DNA of 61,273 nt, the filler included, from Asterionella formosa (taxonomy: Eukaryota), in NCBI GenBank assembly GCA_002256025.1. It is 14 parts of 14 records of this genome, joined end to end, with 100 filler letters (N's around TTAATTAATTAA, not from the genome) between each part and the next. Parts side by side here need not be neighbours in the genome. Positions count along the whole stretch, not along the records: positions 17,578 to 21,863 come from NKIB01013605.1; positions 21,964 to 26,246 come from NKIB01013606.1; positions 26,347 to 30,629 come from NKIB01013607.1; positions 30,730 to 35,011 come from NKIB01013608.1; 10 more parts are not named here. The stretch is one strand, 5' to 3'. The notes under the pieces are model-generated. The model ran no database searches. It was given only the letters and a program-made list of their open reading frames with translations, and was not told the origin of the DNA. How positions within the stretch are numbered: the stretch's first letter is position 1; the number at the start of each line of letters is the position of its first letter. Shown piece after piece: positions 19,215 through 32,099 of the stretch. Both the position numbers and the translations under genes were made by a program.

Positions 19215-21038
19215 GAGTTGACGTGACCTGTTCGACACACTCTTGGGGCAAAAATCTTGTGCCCTCCATTTTTTCAAATTGGCAATTTAAAGTGTGGAAT
19301 CGGTAGCTGATCCTTCCTACTAGTACCATCTAATACTATTTTCCATTTTAAAAAAGATTGCATATTATTAAAGTTATGGTCGTTTCCGCAAAAGCGTCCA
19401 TTTTCGGGAATCCCAGAATCCTTACCAATTCGCTAAGCACCACGCCCTACGGGCGCGCTACAGGAGAAATAGAAACAAAAAAAGCATGGTAGATTTACTA
19501 GCTTAATATTTAACATGGTAGAATCACATGCAAATATGTAGTCTAGTGTGCTTCAACTCCTCTCGACTCTAGTTTAGTAGTTTAAACTGATGCTATGGGG
19601 TTGACAGTAGGAGCCCTCTCCTCTCTACAGACCAACAGATATTTTAACAGCATTTCTCAATCTCTCTTTGTCCAATTTCATGACATTCACTGGTTGAGGG
19701 TCAGTGAAATACCTCAACATGTCCTGGAGCTGCTTGTTTGTCCACATAGCAATTGGATCCTCATTATGTATGACTTCATCAATCAGTGGAGTTACATGAG
19801 GCAAAATTGAAAGGTTCTTATGATCCAATGATTCTGCAGCTGCCACCTTCTTTCTCTCCTCACCCTTGGTCTCAACTTTCTATGCAATCAACCTTGCTTC
19901 CTCCTTTGCCCTGTCATTTTCTCCATGAATCTCACCAACAATAGAATCTCATTGATTCTTTCCATTTGGCTTTCTGAATTCATTACCCTGCTTGAGTAGC
20001 TGTTGGCCACATTGCCCTCTAACATATTGATTCTCCATTTTGCAATCTTCTTCTTTGCTCCAACACCGATTGCATCAGAAATTACAGAAGCAAGCAATAC
20101 CTTGAATCTCATCTCTTCCTGACAATGTTGTTAAGGATCTGGATGAAGGAAAAGTTGGGCGCAGCATTTCTATGGTTGCAATTCCCAGCCACCAAATTCT
20201 TATTGTTGGGGTTGGCAACCTGCAGTTGTTTCCTTGCATCATACAATGTTGATCTCAGAACTCTTTGAGTGTGCATCATGATTTTTGCATCATTCCCTCC
20301 CATGTTGTTCAATTCTTCCAACAGTGATGTTACCAGGCAAGTTCCAGTTCTTGTATTGACCGCGATGATGCTTCTTTGAAACCAGAGATTGACTCACTAA
20401 ATTTTCAACATCATTCAATTTTTCTGTAATCACTGAACGGCTGCGCATGGCCTTGGTTGCCTTCATCGTAGTTGTTCTTGCTTTTGATGTTACTGTCACT
20501 GGTTTCTGGTGAGACAAATCAGACTGATCCTTTGGAGGTCATCGGTGCCATAAAAGAATCCATCTAACAGAACAAGTAAACAAGAAAATGAGCACATTGC
20601 AATAACTCTGGAAGTCTGTTGCTATTTACTGGCATTGTAACTCACCATCATATATCACCAGACCCTTTCAGCCTTGCTTGTTCTTGCCTAGTCTTTGGCC
20701 TCCCAGACATAATTTGAGTTTTGGAATTGAATGTGCAGTGAGCAAGAAGAGTAAGTGACGCAAATTGATGAAGATGATAAACATTCATCCACCAGTGCGC
20801 AAAAAAATTGAGTTGGCGAGGATATGCATAAAAAATGTTGTACTGCTATTACGTACCTTTTTACGGCGGATTCGGATATAGTGCGCCAGAAGCATTCGAA
20901 ATCATCTAAAATATAATGAAAAAAATACCATAAAATTGAATGAACATATAACACAAGATCCTACGGCAGTTCTACGGGGGCTGTACCACAAGATCAAATC
21001 CAAAATTGGTCAGGGTGCCGGTTTGGTCAGGTCAACTC
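19215..21038 (-). mobile_element. Internally deleted TIR DNA transposon with TA target duplication (Tc1/mariner/pogo-like by TSD)
   Basis: TA-GAGTTGACGTGACC at 19213-19228 and GGTCAGGTCAACTC-TA at 21025-21040 (13/14 match). The interior has collinear broken minus-strand ORF pieces (20517-19625) but no recognisable DDE core. Confidence 0.65.
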
Positions 21039-21533
21039 TACACCCAGGAACTCCGTCTTGAATGTATAGTTTGTAAGCCGTAAGTATCCGTTATTTGCAT
21101 CATATATAACTTCTTAGCTACGTATAGAATAAAATTCCAATGCTCATCCATTGTTTACTCGGCGTCCTCGCCTAATTTCTGTAGAATATACTGGGTTGCT
21201 CGGACTTCTTTTCATCAAATACATGATATAATCGTTGATTTCATGGTGTAGCTAACGGTAATAAATATATAAATAGAAGGTATGCATTGTTCTCATCACC
21301 GTCATGTATAAATAAATCAAACCGGCATCTCGTTGGGTGGATATACTGGTATCTGCCAGAAAATAATTCAACATTTCTTATCGCTTGTTCTCGTTGACAA
21401 AACCAATCATCGTTCACCATTTGATCAGACCTCCCAACAGTGATTGACTCGTCCGTGTGTCAGAGAATAAGTCTCCCTTTTCCAAAGCACTCTTGCAACA
21501 ATCTTCTTTAACTGTTCACTTCTATACACAATC

Positions 21534-21863
21534 ATGAAGTGGTATCTGCTCTTAGTTTGCAGCGTCGTTTCAATTCTTCGCGCACAATCAGCGGATTATA
21601 GTGGCAATGCTGTTGATGTCTTTTGCAATAACAGTGTGCTTGCCATTACCAGCCTTTCACTGTTGTGCAATAGTCCTTACACGTATTACTATGGAAATGG
21701 GGTACGCAGAAACAGCGCAACTTGTGAGTATGGAGACAGGGTTGCTATCTCGATGACTCTTGAAGTTTTCGCAGACGTGGACGACGATATGACGATTTAT
21801 GCCACCATGGGGATATACACCGACAGCGAGCGATTATACAAGTCAGATTCAGTCGATCTGTGC
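21534..21863 (+). CDS. N-terminus of a secreted or membrane protein of unknown function (3' truncated)
   Basis: Signal-peptide-like start MKWYLLLVCSVVSILRA. The motif CNSPYTYYYGNG...CEYGD resembles diatom hypothetical proteins. An Inr-like TCACTT lies just upstream, and the frame is open to the contig edge. Confidence 0.75.
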
Positions 21864-23713
21864 NNNNNNNNNNNNNNNNNNNNNNNNNNNNNNNNNNNNN
21901 NNNNNNNTTAATTAATTAANNNNNNNNNNNNNNNNNNNNNNNNNNNNNNNNNNNNNNNNNNNNCAGACCATTTCTGTAAATATGATTTTTTAAAATTTTC
22001 ATACTCCCATATGAGGGAGTGACCACCTCTATCCACCACTGCCCCATCTTACATGGGCCATGAAGCGCAATGAAGACACATCAGGAAATAAAAAAGAAAA
22101 AATGTGCTACAAAAATGATTAATATACAATAAATATCTATATATATCTATATATGTAACAGAACAAGAACGTGTGTTTTCCTTGATGTATCTTTTCTTCC
22201 AGATGATTTGTTGGAACGGAAGAAAAAGATGATCCATTTTTACATGTGGCGAAATCTTTTTGTACTTCTGAGAAAATCTATAAAGGTGATTGTTGAAACA
22301 TTCCAATTCGTTGCCATATCCTGAAACCGCAGCTGCTACCTTTCCCTTTATCGATTTTTTCGATAAAAGTAATTGATGTGTTTCTTCACTTCTCCTCGCT
22401 CTTTTGCGTAAATATTTATGAATTACTTCATTGAATAAATTTCAAAAATTATTTATCCTTACAGGATAAATCACTCATCTCCTTGACCTGCTCAATTACT
22501 GTCCCAGTGACTGCAACAGTTTCGGGAATCTTTGGTAAGTAGTCATGAACTGGCAACCATGTCCTGTTTCAATATTTCCAACTCCTTACTGGATAAATGG
22601 GACAAATCACTCCTCCTCGACCTGTTCTTTATATACTTTCCCAATCACTCCTACAATTTTGGAACTCTTTGGTGACAAGTCATGGACTGCTTCTTCCGCA
22701 TTGGCAACCATGTCTAGGGTTGCCTTTAAGCTATATATATAAAGCGGTCACTTTGTGGAAAGTATATGTGTGGCAATGGGGTTAGGCTGTCCTATATAGT
22801 AGTGCCTCTGATGTTGCCGATAAAGAGATTTCTAAAAACAATGGGATAGTACAATGTTATTAAGCAAAGATACGATTATTATATCGAACCCCCTGCTATT
22901 CAAGGTTCATGTGATGCTAATATTTCCTGAATGAAATGAAGCTACTTCCTGATTATTAATGTTGCGGCTCTAATTCTGCAGCATACAAACGTTCTCGCCA
23001 ATAGCTAGTCAATCAGAATGGAAGACCCATAATTAAGGCCATGAGCAACAAACTGCGCCGCCATCTGGTCTATCTTCACTTTGATCCACGTCTCATTTTG
23101 ATGAACAGATTTGAAATACGGATCGATGTTCGCAATGGACGAATTATGATCAAAAGGTACTATCTTCTTGATTTCGGTTGGAATTGGAATCAGGTATGGC
23201 CTTCAATGCATCGTTCTCCAATTCTGTTGTATATGAAGAGACCAAAGCTTTTGATTTCGAGTAACAAACAAACAATTAAACTTCGCCAGCATAATTCCCC
23301 ATCAATATCGAGACCATATCATTCATTATAAGACTGAGATCATCGTTAACCCCCGCAAGAAGGTAGCTCATAAGGGATTGTTCAACAAACGCACGTGGCT
23401 TGTAAGAAATTCGATTACTGATATGCGAATGGAGAGATAATGACGAATACAAGCAACCGGTACAAGAATTGGATCAAAGCATGTCCCGGTAGAGCATTCA
23501 AATCGGGATGGCAACAAGGAACGCACCGTTGTTGCACAGAATTCATTCTGATAGCATCGTCAGGTACAAGGTTTACATACACGTAAGGTGATCTGTGTAA
23601 AGTCATAACCTTTGCTAAAACAATAATTGATCAAAGAGCAACAGCTATTGATCAATCAAACAACGTATCAATATATCAAAGCATTTGGTTAGCATATTAT
23701 ATTTGATACTTAA

Positions 23714-24002
23714 TATATATGACTTCTAACTATGCGTAACCTGACGTGTGTAAGAAAACAATCTGACAAACAAATTTGATTGACCACACTGACACGGTCA
23801 TTGATTTATCAAAATTATCATCAACATAAAAAATCATTTGATCAATATGTCAACAATTTTGGCTAACCGATTAGATTTGGTAACTGATATATATGAGTTC
23901 TTATATACGCATAACCTAACATGTGTATGCTAGTAACCTGATGAACAAATTTGATTGATCATACAGACACAGCCGTTGATATATCAAAATTATCATCAAC
24001 AT
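23714..24002 (+). repeat. Diverged tandem duplication, ~175-bp period
   Basis: ATATATATGA...AACAAATTTGATTGA...ATCAAAATTATCATCAACAT occurs twice. The second copy contains TTGATTGATCATACAGA, also seen in the 21-bp array at 52062-52220. Confidence 0.75.
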
Positions 24003-26346
24003 GTCAAAATATTTGAATAATCAATCAGTTTTTCAATTTATGCTGAGTAAAATGCTAGATCTAATTGAAAATCTATTCACAGACGCCTGCTTTGCTATTT
24101 GGTACATATATATCAAGTACAACATGCATAGACAATATAATCATAAAAAAATTTTAATACCACTAATATTGACAACAAAAATTGAAGTTGCGAAAGTGTA
24201 TTTTTCATATAATTTAAAGATGCCCAAGTCAAAACAACAATGTCATCAACAAAGTTGACACTTTCACAGTTGCTCTATGTCACGGTTGATTTATGTCTCA
24301 ACGTCTGTGGAGAACACATGATATCTAAAAATAGAATTCTTCCTCCAGTATGTCGGGTATGGAGACGTGTAGTAGGAGGAGTGAATTTAGAGGATATTGT
24401 TGTCCATCTTTTCCTCTAGTTAATTGATTGCTAATTTTATACATGGATGACTGAGGCCAATACTCAAACAACAATTTCTAGTCAATAAGTGGGTATTGGA
24501 ATGATGAACGGGAATGCCACTATATTTTTAGAGCATATATGAATCATCCCCCATTTTAGTCAGTTTGCAAGGCCAATGGATAGTAGGCCTATTGGTAGAT
24601 TGGTGTCTGTAAAATCCATTTTTGATCCCATCAAAGGTACCAACAAGAACTTACTTTGGATGCAACACCACCCTTAGTAGCACCGCCCCAATCTGGCCAC
24701 TTGGAAATTGCCCAAATCATGCTGGTTCCTTGCTTTCTTGGGTGCAATAAAATCACTGCCGCATCATCCTCTCCCTTTTCCATTTGTCAGACGAAGCCCT
24801 ATCCCACTCACTTGCTCTCAATGGAATCACAAACACAGCCAAATAACTCAGATTTATAAAGAGTTGACTTCGTTGAAGTTTTGAATGGCAACACAGCAAA
24901 CCAAGCAATCAACCTACTCCAAGGAGTTGTTCAGACTATTGACGAGATTTCGCCTTGCCTCTGTCAAGGTCTTGTCAGTCAGTATCCAGCAGATTTTCAA
25001 TTCACGAATGTAACATTTACCTCTGTGTAGAACAACAATGTTGAGTGTATGCGAAAAGTAGTGGCATAGGAATGATCACAAGGATCATGACAAAGCAACA
25101 GACAACAATGCTGAGCCAAGAAGTGTAATCAATAAAACCTATAAATGCACATACCAGTAAGAAGCAACTTAGTCCCTGCTGGTCACAGCTTGCATATCAT
25201 GTTCATCATTTCTATTTAGATAAAAAATATTTCATCATGGTTTTGTCAAATTACATAGGATTTTCTAGATCCTATTTTTTCAATGGTGACATATGCAATT
25301 TGATTGCTCAGATCAGCTGATTTACAAACTTTCTGAAATCTAACAACTTGCTTGCTGGTAAGCATTTTACATGTGTGATTTTGGATTTTGGATACAGGCA
25401 CCCAGAAAAACGTGCTTACCAGCAAGTCATTGATTTGAGCAAGATCTCAGTCTGCTGCACCAAAAATGATACCCCAAATTTCTCTCAGCAGCCAAGTAAG
25501 GAGGAGCGATAGAGAATTTATAAACAAATTTTCGGTCTGGAGGTCAAAACACGTTGTTGGTTGTGGCATCCAAATTCTATTTGTACATGTCAAGTGCTCC
25601 ATGTGGATATTGGTATTATCATCATGGTCAAGGCTGAGATGACATGAAGGATTCTCAAGCCACTAGTACCATGACTAGTGAAATACTGGTAGTGGTACTG
25701 GTAAGTCTGGTGTTAAACTACACATCAGCTAAATAATTATATACCAGGTCGTGGATAATGGTTTCTCGCCCTGCCGGTAACAACGTGAACCCTGGAGTCG
25801 TGGTTGTTGTCCCAATGAGGTGGTGACAGCAAAGCAGTCGTTGGAGTTTTCCCGATCGTGGTTTCACGCCATGTATTGTGTCGTGCTGGTAACGTTGGGG
25901 ACGACGATACATGTCCACAGATGCTCTCAACGACCGCTGAAAGTGTACCAGGTAGGAGTAGCCACTTTGTACATATGGAGTACCGGTACTGTATAGCTAA
26001 CAAGGCCGCCAAACACACCGCGCGGCGCTGGACCGGTATTCGACGGCAGCACACGTGTACAGTACTGCACATGCCAGTATATTTAATAAGGAAATACCAG
26101 TAAAGGCACACTGGTACACGGGAGTCTGACTCGTCAGGAAATGCCTGACCTCAGCTTGCAGCTAATAACACGGACATTTTGTACATACTGGTATGACAAC
26201 TCCCCTCAGGGAGCAATTGTCGTCGTGTGAATGATTACCGGTAGACNNNNNNNNNNNNNNNNNNNNNNNNNNNNNNNNNNNNNNNNNNNNTTAATTAATT
26301 AANNNNNNNNNNNNNNNNNNNNNNNNNNNNNNNNNNNNNNNNNNNN

Positions 26347-26558
26347 TCAAATGAATTATTTGAAACATCAACTAATTCAGTCTCGCGTTCAAAATTCATT
26401 GTGAAAACTTCACATGAAACAGTTAAAACTTCACATGAAACCGTTAAAAGTAATCTTTTTTACGTGAAGAGTGGCATTAATGCATGTGAAGTACCACATA
26501 ATTAACACTCATACGTAGACAAAATTTCGAAAAGTGGCGTATTTTGCGTCTTAGATGT
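26347..26558 (-). mobile_element. Independent copy of the ACATCTAAGACGC element terminus
   Basis: Near-identical to the reverse complement of 17344-17477 but with a different flank. Contains a tandem AAAACTTCACATGAAACMGTT duplication that coincides with the contig breaks in the other copies. Confidence 0.75.
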
Positions 26559-27400
26559 GGTACTAGTTGACATGATGCCTCCTTAACAAAGACAACATGT
26601 TATCCAATATATAGTATTTGAATCATCGTTTCATTTTGTCCATTGAGATCCATGATGCCTTTAGTTCTTGCTAGTCTCTCCTCTTGTAGATGACACCTTG
26701 GATGCGCGTGTTTTAGATGCTGTATTGTTGTCATGTTTATCAAGGTCAAAGATGCCCACTAAAATTCTTCTGAAGTTTAATCTTATTGAAATGCTGGAAG
26801 ATGTTGACAAAAGTTTTTCTTTCCTTTGATAAAAATATTGTGTTCTTTTTGCCTAAAATTTTCCACTTTTTCTTTGGAGTAGGTATATGAATATCTTGGA
26901 TGATTCTGATACAGTGCAAAGCTCATTGACCAGATGAATGTGGGCAACATGAATCATGAAGATCAATTACATATATGCTTGTTTCCTGTAATTAATTTAT
27001 GGATAACCGCAGGAAGGATAAGAAGATAGTTCAGAGAGAGGGGTGCCAATAAAATAACAAAATTATTATCAAGCAAAGATATCAAATTTTCGCCAATGCT
27101 TCAAACTTTAGAGTATACTTCTTATCCTTGTAGGGTAGTAACTATTTCGGTACTAACCTCCATCAAGAAATCATCCACTGTGGTTGTAAAATCCAAAAGA
27201 TTTTTTTTCCCATCTTTATCTTCCTTGATCTTTGATTTGGTCAGGAAATGTTTACACCAAGAGCTGAACAACCACCTTGATTGTTCGATATGGTTTTGAA
27301 ATTAAGCAATTACATTTCCATTTTAAATTCTTCGTACACCAAATTTTGAGGATGCCCCTCAACGTGGCAATTGTTGCGGGCTTGTGATGCAAGATGTGAT

Positions 27401-28486
27401 TTAAACATTCGAAAAAAGTGAAGACTGTACAGAGGGTAAAGGAGTTTCTTTGTGTTCCGAATTTGGACAATTAACCTCAAGAGTTGGGCAAAGATGAGTT
27501 GCTTCCATTTCCCTTTTTTTCAGCGACTGCTGCTCCACCAACTTGCATGCCCTATCTTCTTGTATAGTCAGCGACTGCTGCTCCACCAATTTGCATGCCT
27601 TATGTTCCAAAAGTGACTGAAGAAGATTGACAAGGAGGACAACACACAGCAAGTTCATATATGCATCCAAGTCATTCAACGGTCCAATTAGCATCAAGAA
27701 AATATGTCCCACCACGATGACTCGTCTACTCAAATTTCGCTGCCTGTATTGATAGTTCCTAGGCAAGTCAGCCTCTCTGTTGGCAGCATTCTTGAGAGTG
27801 TCCAAGACCTCTCGAGCTCGTTCTTTGCCAAGCTGTTTAGTTGCATGATGTTCTCGTTCCCGACAAAGGTACTCATCATTGAGGGCCATGCGAACCTGTT
27901 CACGACGGCGCTTCAGCCTCTCCTTGTCATATGTGTAGTATAGACCTCCAGGGAGACGATGATAACGGATCCAAGATTGAAGCATCAGCGATGCAATGAG
28001 AAGCGCACCAACAAAATGAACATATACCGCCCTTCCTTTATTAATCATTGTAGTATCCAGAGAGGCAATGGCTTTTGGGTATAATTCCATGGCCTGCCAA
28101 CACTTGGGGCCTTCAAGCAGGTCTGTTGCCTGTCTCATGATGCAACTTTTAATATCAGGACCTTCAAAAACGGGCGTATCAATCTTACTTAAGGAACTAT
28201 TGATGTCAGGAACATTCCAACCATTCTTTCGCCGGATAACAATAGATTCCAGAACAGTATCCACAATTGGCTGTTGTAGCTTTTTAGCAAGATTATTATA
28301 AATACTAGTGACAATTAAGTCCTCATGAAATTCCAATGTTGCTTGTTCGATAATCCCCATGAAGGTGTTGATGTCCCACAAATGATTTGGTAGTGTTGTG
28401 ATTTGAGTTTTCATATTACCAGTATATGTTTCCACATCGAAGAAAGTGTCGGAGGTACTATTATCTCGTATGGCAAAGTAGTCCAC
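27401..28486 (-). CDS. Hypothetical membrane protein (361 aa), possibly a decaying gene
   Basis: Long ORF in AT-rich DNA with hydrophobic segments and an internal repeat (ACKLVEQQSL twice). An overlapping upstream ORF (28701-28411) may be a frameshifted N-terminus. No family recognised. Confidence 0.5.
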   Translation of the reverse strand: MDYFAIRDNSTSDTFFDVETYTGNMKTQITTLPNHLWDINTFMGIIEQATLEFHEDLIVTSIYNNLAKKLQQPIVDTVLESIVIRRKNGWNVPDINSSLSKIDTPVFEGPDIKSCIMRQATDLLEGPKCWQAMELYPKAIASLDTTMINKGRAVYVHFVGALLIASLMLQSWIRYHRLPGGLYYTYDKERLKRRREQVRMALNDEYLCREREHHATKQLGKERAREVLDTLKNAANREADLPRNYQYRQRNLSRRVIVVGHIFLMLIGPLNDLDAYMNLLCVVLLVNLLQSLLEHKACKLVEQQSLTIQEDRACKLVEQQSLKKREMEATHLCPTLEVNCPNSEHKETPLPSVQSSLFSNV

Positions 28487-30350
28487 AAGATTTTGGACTG
28501 TTCGGTTGCCAGTTCCACCACCAAAGAGGGAGAGAAGCTCTGTGGTACTGTAAACAGAAGACTCAAAACCATACGAAAACTCAAGTGTTGCAGGACTCTT
28601 TGGGTATTTTTGTAGATATATGTCAAGGTGAGCAGCAGATGAATAAAAAATGTTCTTGAGGGTGCTCTTCCAAGCAGATGATTAAATATTGGAACTCTCA
28701 TTTATGGTTTTAGGTGAAGCATTGCACATGGGAGAAGAACATACATAAAAGCTGGAACCAATATCATCAAAGTGGACAAACCCATTTTGGTGTGTGTTGT
28801 TTCCAAAATCACCAAAAACCATCGCGTCATTATCATTACAACACCTTAGCTAAATGTAGTGTCCTTGTGCTGGAGTTGTTCAGTAGCCATTGATGTTGGT
28901 CGTCAATGGGGTGGTAGTGCTACTCATTGAAATGTTGTTTAATGTTGATATATTTCCAAGTCGTCAGTTCTACTGCTTTGTCATCAATTTGGATTTTTAT
29001 TCATGAGAATGTTTCTGCTTACCGGTAGTACCTGGTACCCATGGTACTTGTATATACATTGTGGATGACAACATTTGCGTGATTTAGGTCGTGCAAGGGC
29101 ACCACAAATCTATATCTGCCGCCAAGCGATTATCAGAGAAAGAATCAAATCGCCGTCGTTTGGCTGTCGTCAGCAGAATGCATGTAGCTAACACTGGCGG
29201 ATTCATCCGGCTAGGCTGAATTCAGTCTATATTTCAATCCCTTGCCCCTAGCTCAATTCATCAGATATTTGATTTCTGAAAAGTTAATCTATACCTTCAG
29301 AACTTAAAGTTTCTGGAGGTATGCATGGCAATAACTTTCTAGGATAAAACTCAGATACATGAGAAGTCTGCCTGCTATCTCAAAAATCTGGACAGGATGG
29401 GGCAAAAGAAAAAATTGATAATGGGCAAAGGTTCTGTCCTTTCATGCCTTTCCAAGTACATTTACCAATTACAGTGGTTTCGAAATCATCATGTGAATAT
29501 ATTAAATGGTTATCAAGTTGAAAGAACGACAGTTCTATGGAGGGACCAAAGCAAGAAAACCAGATGATGCTGATATGATGGAACTGTATGCTCATGAAAA
29601 GCACTTCAAGATCATTTCTGAAGGTGATCCAGTTAATGATATATCTTAAGAGGCAATTAAAGTTGAAGAGATGATTTTTCAGAGATCCTACAATAACTTG
29701 TCAAGTATACTGGCAGAATTTGTGATGCTGATTATGTTGCCCTTGCAGCTGGAGTTTTTGCTATTGATGATGACAATCACATGTAAATGCTGATAATCCC
29801 AATAAAGTGTTAACAATTTTTATAATGAGTAGCTGGGGACATTCAGGAATTTGCTACAGGATACAGACAAATGCATCAAATAGCAATGCAAAACTTTCAT
29901 CATCTCTAGTAATCAGTTGAAGACAACTGTCTTTCATTTGATAGAATTATTCTTCTTCCCTTCTGAGCTCTTGAAAGATAATGTTTTGTTGATCAGTCAT
30001 CTCAAGATAGAGGAGGGAAATGCTGTAACTGTAGCGAGGACACCTGGTATCCTTATAACATATATTAGTCCTGCTATATGCAGGATGTGAGAAGCAGCTT
30101 GGTATGTTGGCATAATTTGATGAGAATGGAACGGTGACAAGGATTCAGACAAGGCGAATGATGGCAATCTGTTCAATCAATTTATATATTTATGCTGCCT
30201 TTATTCAATGTATAGATAACCATAACCTCAAAATGTTTACAATTCAAAGTTTTAAGCATTCCTATCCTTGTGAGAACAAACTGATTTGGTACTTACATCC
30301 ATCTAAAAAGTAAAATAATGTGACACAACTCCGGCTTCAAAATCAAAAGA

Positions 30351-30629
30351 TGATCTTTGATTTGGTCAGGAAATGTTGTCACCAGGAGCTGAACAACCAC
30401 CTTGATTGCTCGATACGGTTATGATGAATGTGCAAATACATTTCGAGTTGACATTTGACATCAATTAAAATTTAAGGTTTCCCTTTGTGATGCTTCATAA
30501 AGTTTAAGATGAAAAGGAATTAGATGCCTTACAGAAGGCAAAATAATTTATTTGTGTTCCACAGCACAACAAATATCCTAACGAGATGGGCTTAGGTTAG
30601 TTACTTCATCTTCTTGTATAGTCAGCGAC
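30351..30629 (-). pseudogene. 3' remnant of a tandem paralogue of the 27401-28486 locus
   Basis: 30351-30420 matches 27226-27295, and the contig end ATCTTCTTGTATAGTCAGCGAC matches 27554-27575. Confidence 0.6.
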
Positions 30630-32099
30630 NNNNNNNNNNNNNNNNNNNNNNNNNNNNNNNNNNNNNNNNNNNNTTAATTAATTAANNNNNNNNNNNNNNN
30701 NNNNNNNNNNNNNNNNNNNNNNNNNNNNNTGTCCTGGGCCCCTTAAGTAAAATCAGTCAAATTCAGTCACGGCAGTGTACATTGGGGGGTCAAGGACAAT
30801 GAAGTATACGGTATTTCCCGGTATCATTTGCATTATGTATGTTCAATACCGGTAGTCCGGGCACCCACGACGGGGGGTGGTACCTTGTACGGTACCAGGT
30901 ACCGGTACCACCTGGTACCTCATGAGACCAGTAAATAGCATAAGAGTTGTACCTGGGCCATGCGGAAAACGTGAATTTTTGATTAACGTTTCAAAATTCG
31001 CCTCAAAAACTAAACCCGTTGTAAGTCATGTCCTTGGGATGGACCGGTGGGGGTTAAATGCAGGCATGCCGGCCTTCCCACCAAGGAAACTTTTAACTTC
31101 AGCAGGAAACTGACATCTTGCTTAAACTCAAGCAGCGAACGTCAATCTGCAAAGGAACTTCTAATTTCATTAGGGTTAGGGAAAGTCTTTTTTGAGCCTG
31201 CCAGTATCAGGTACCAGCCAGTAACAGGATGGAGGGGAGCCAACGCAATGACCCTGTTCAGAAAAAATTCTCCCGGAAAACCTAAATGTTCTTGTCAGCC
31301 CATCGACTGTGACATGGACAACAAAAATATTATGAAAAATGCAAAATATTTTATTAGACTACCAGGACTTTTCCCAAAACACCAGGATGAAACACGAAAA
31401 ACTATTACATAATAATAAATTCAACTGCCCATTGGCATTCACACCACAGTTGCACCACAATACATAGAGTAGCCTGAATTGCACCAGACTATATCTAATC
31501 CGTGCTACTCTACTAATATACATAACTGTATAGGAATACATGTGATCCTCAAAATTACAGCCCGCCAATATTTGTTGAAAAACTTTTTCACTTAAATGAC
31601 CAATTTCGCATCCATATACTTGAATTGTCAGAATAAGTAAGAAGAATACATGTGGTGAGACTAAAAATCTTGCCAATCTGCCTCGGGATGTCTTGTATGC
31701 CAAGGATATACCAGCAGATGTTGAAGATAAATTAGCCCAAGGAATTCTGAATGCTTTGGAAAAATTGGGGAATGGCTTAGTAGTTAGTACACCCTTCTGC
31801 AGTGGCGGATTCAATTCCTTCATTCTCCGCCTGTCTTTTCATATCATAGTCCCTAGAGTTCCAGGGGTGCGGCTTACAAAGAGAAAGGTCCCATTGTACC
31901 GTATGGACGAATAAAACCGGTACTAATTGTGTGCATTTATTTGGCCCCAAGTGCAATTATTGGATAGCTTTAATGTACTATAAATTTCATTGACATTTGA
32001 ATGCTTTGGACAAATTGAAACAGACATCTGTTGACCGAAGTTTAGCTAAATTGACTGGTACAAGTGCACTCCGATATCGCACATTGTTAAGGTATTAGG

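Noticed and set aside
22049..25130. Broken coding-like stretches in contig 6 (similar ones at 8800-9400, 38570-39100 and 50760-51600)
   Set aside because: Probably decayed genes or transposons, but I could not recognise any family motif, so they are not called.
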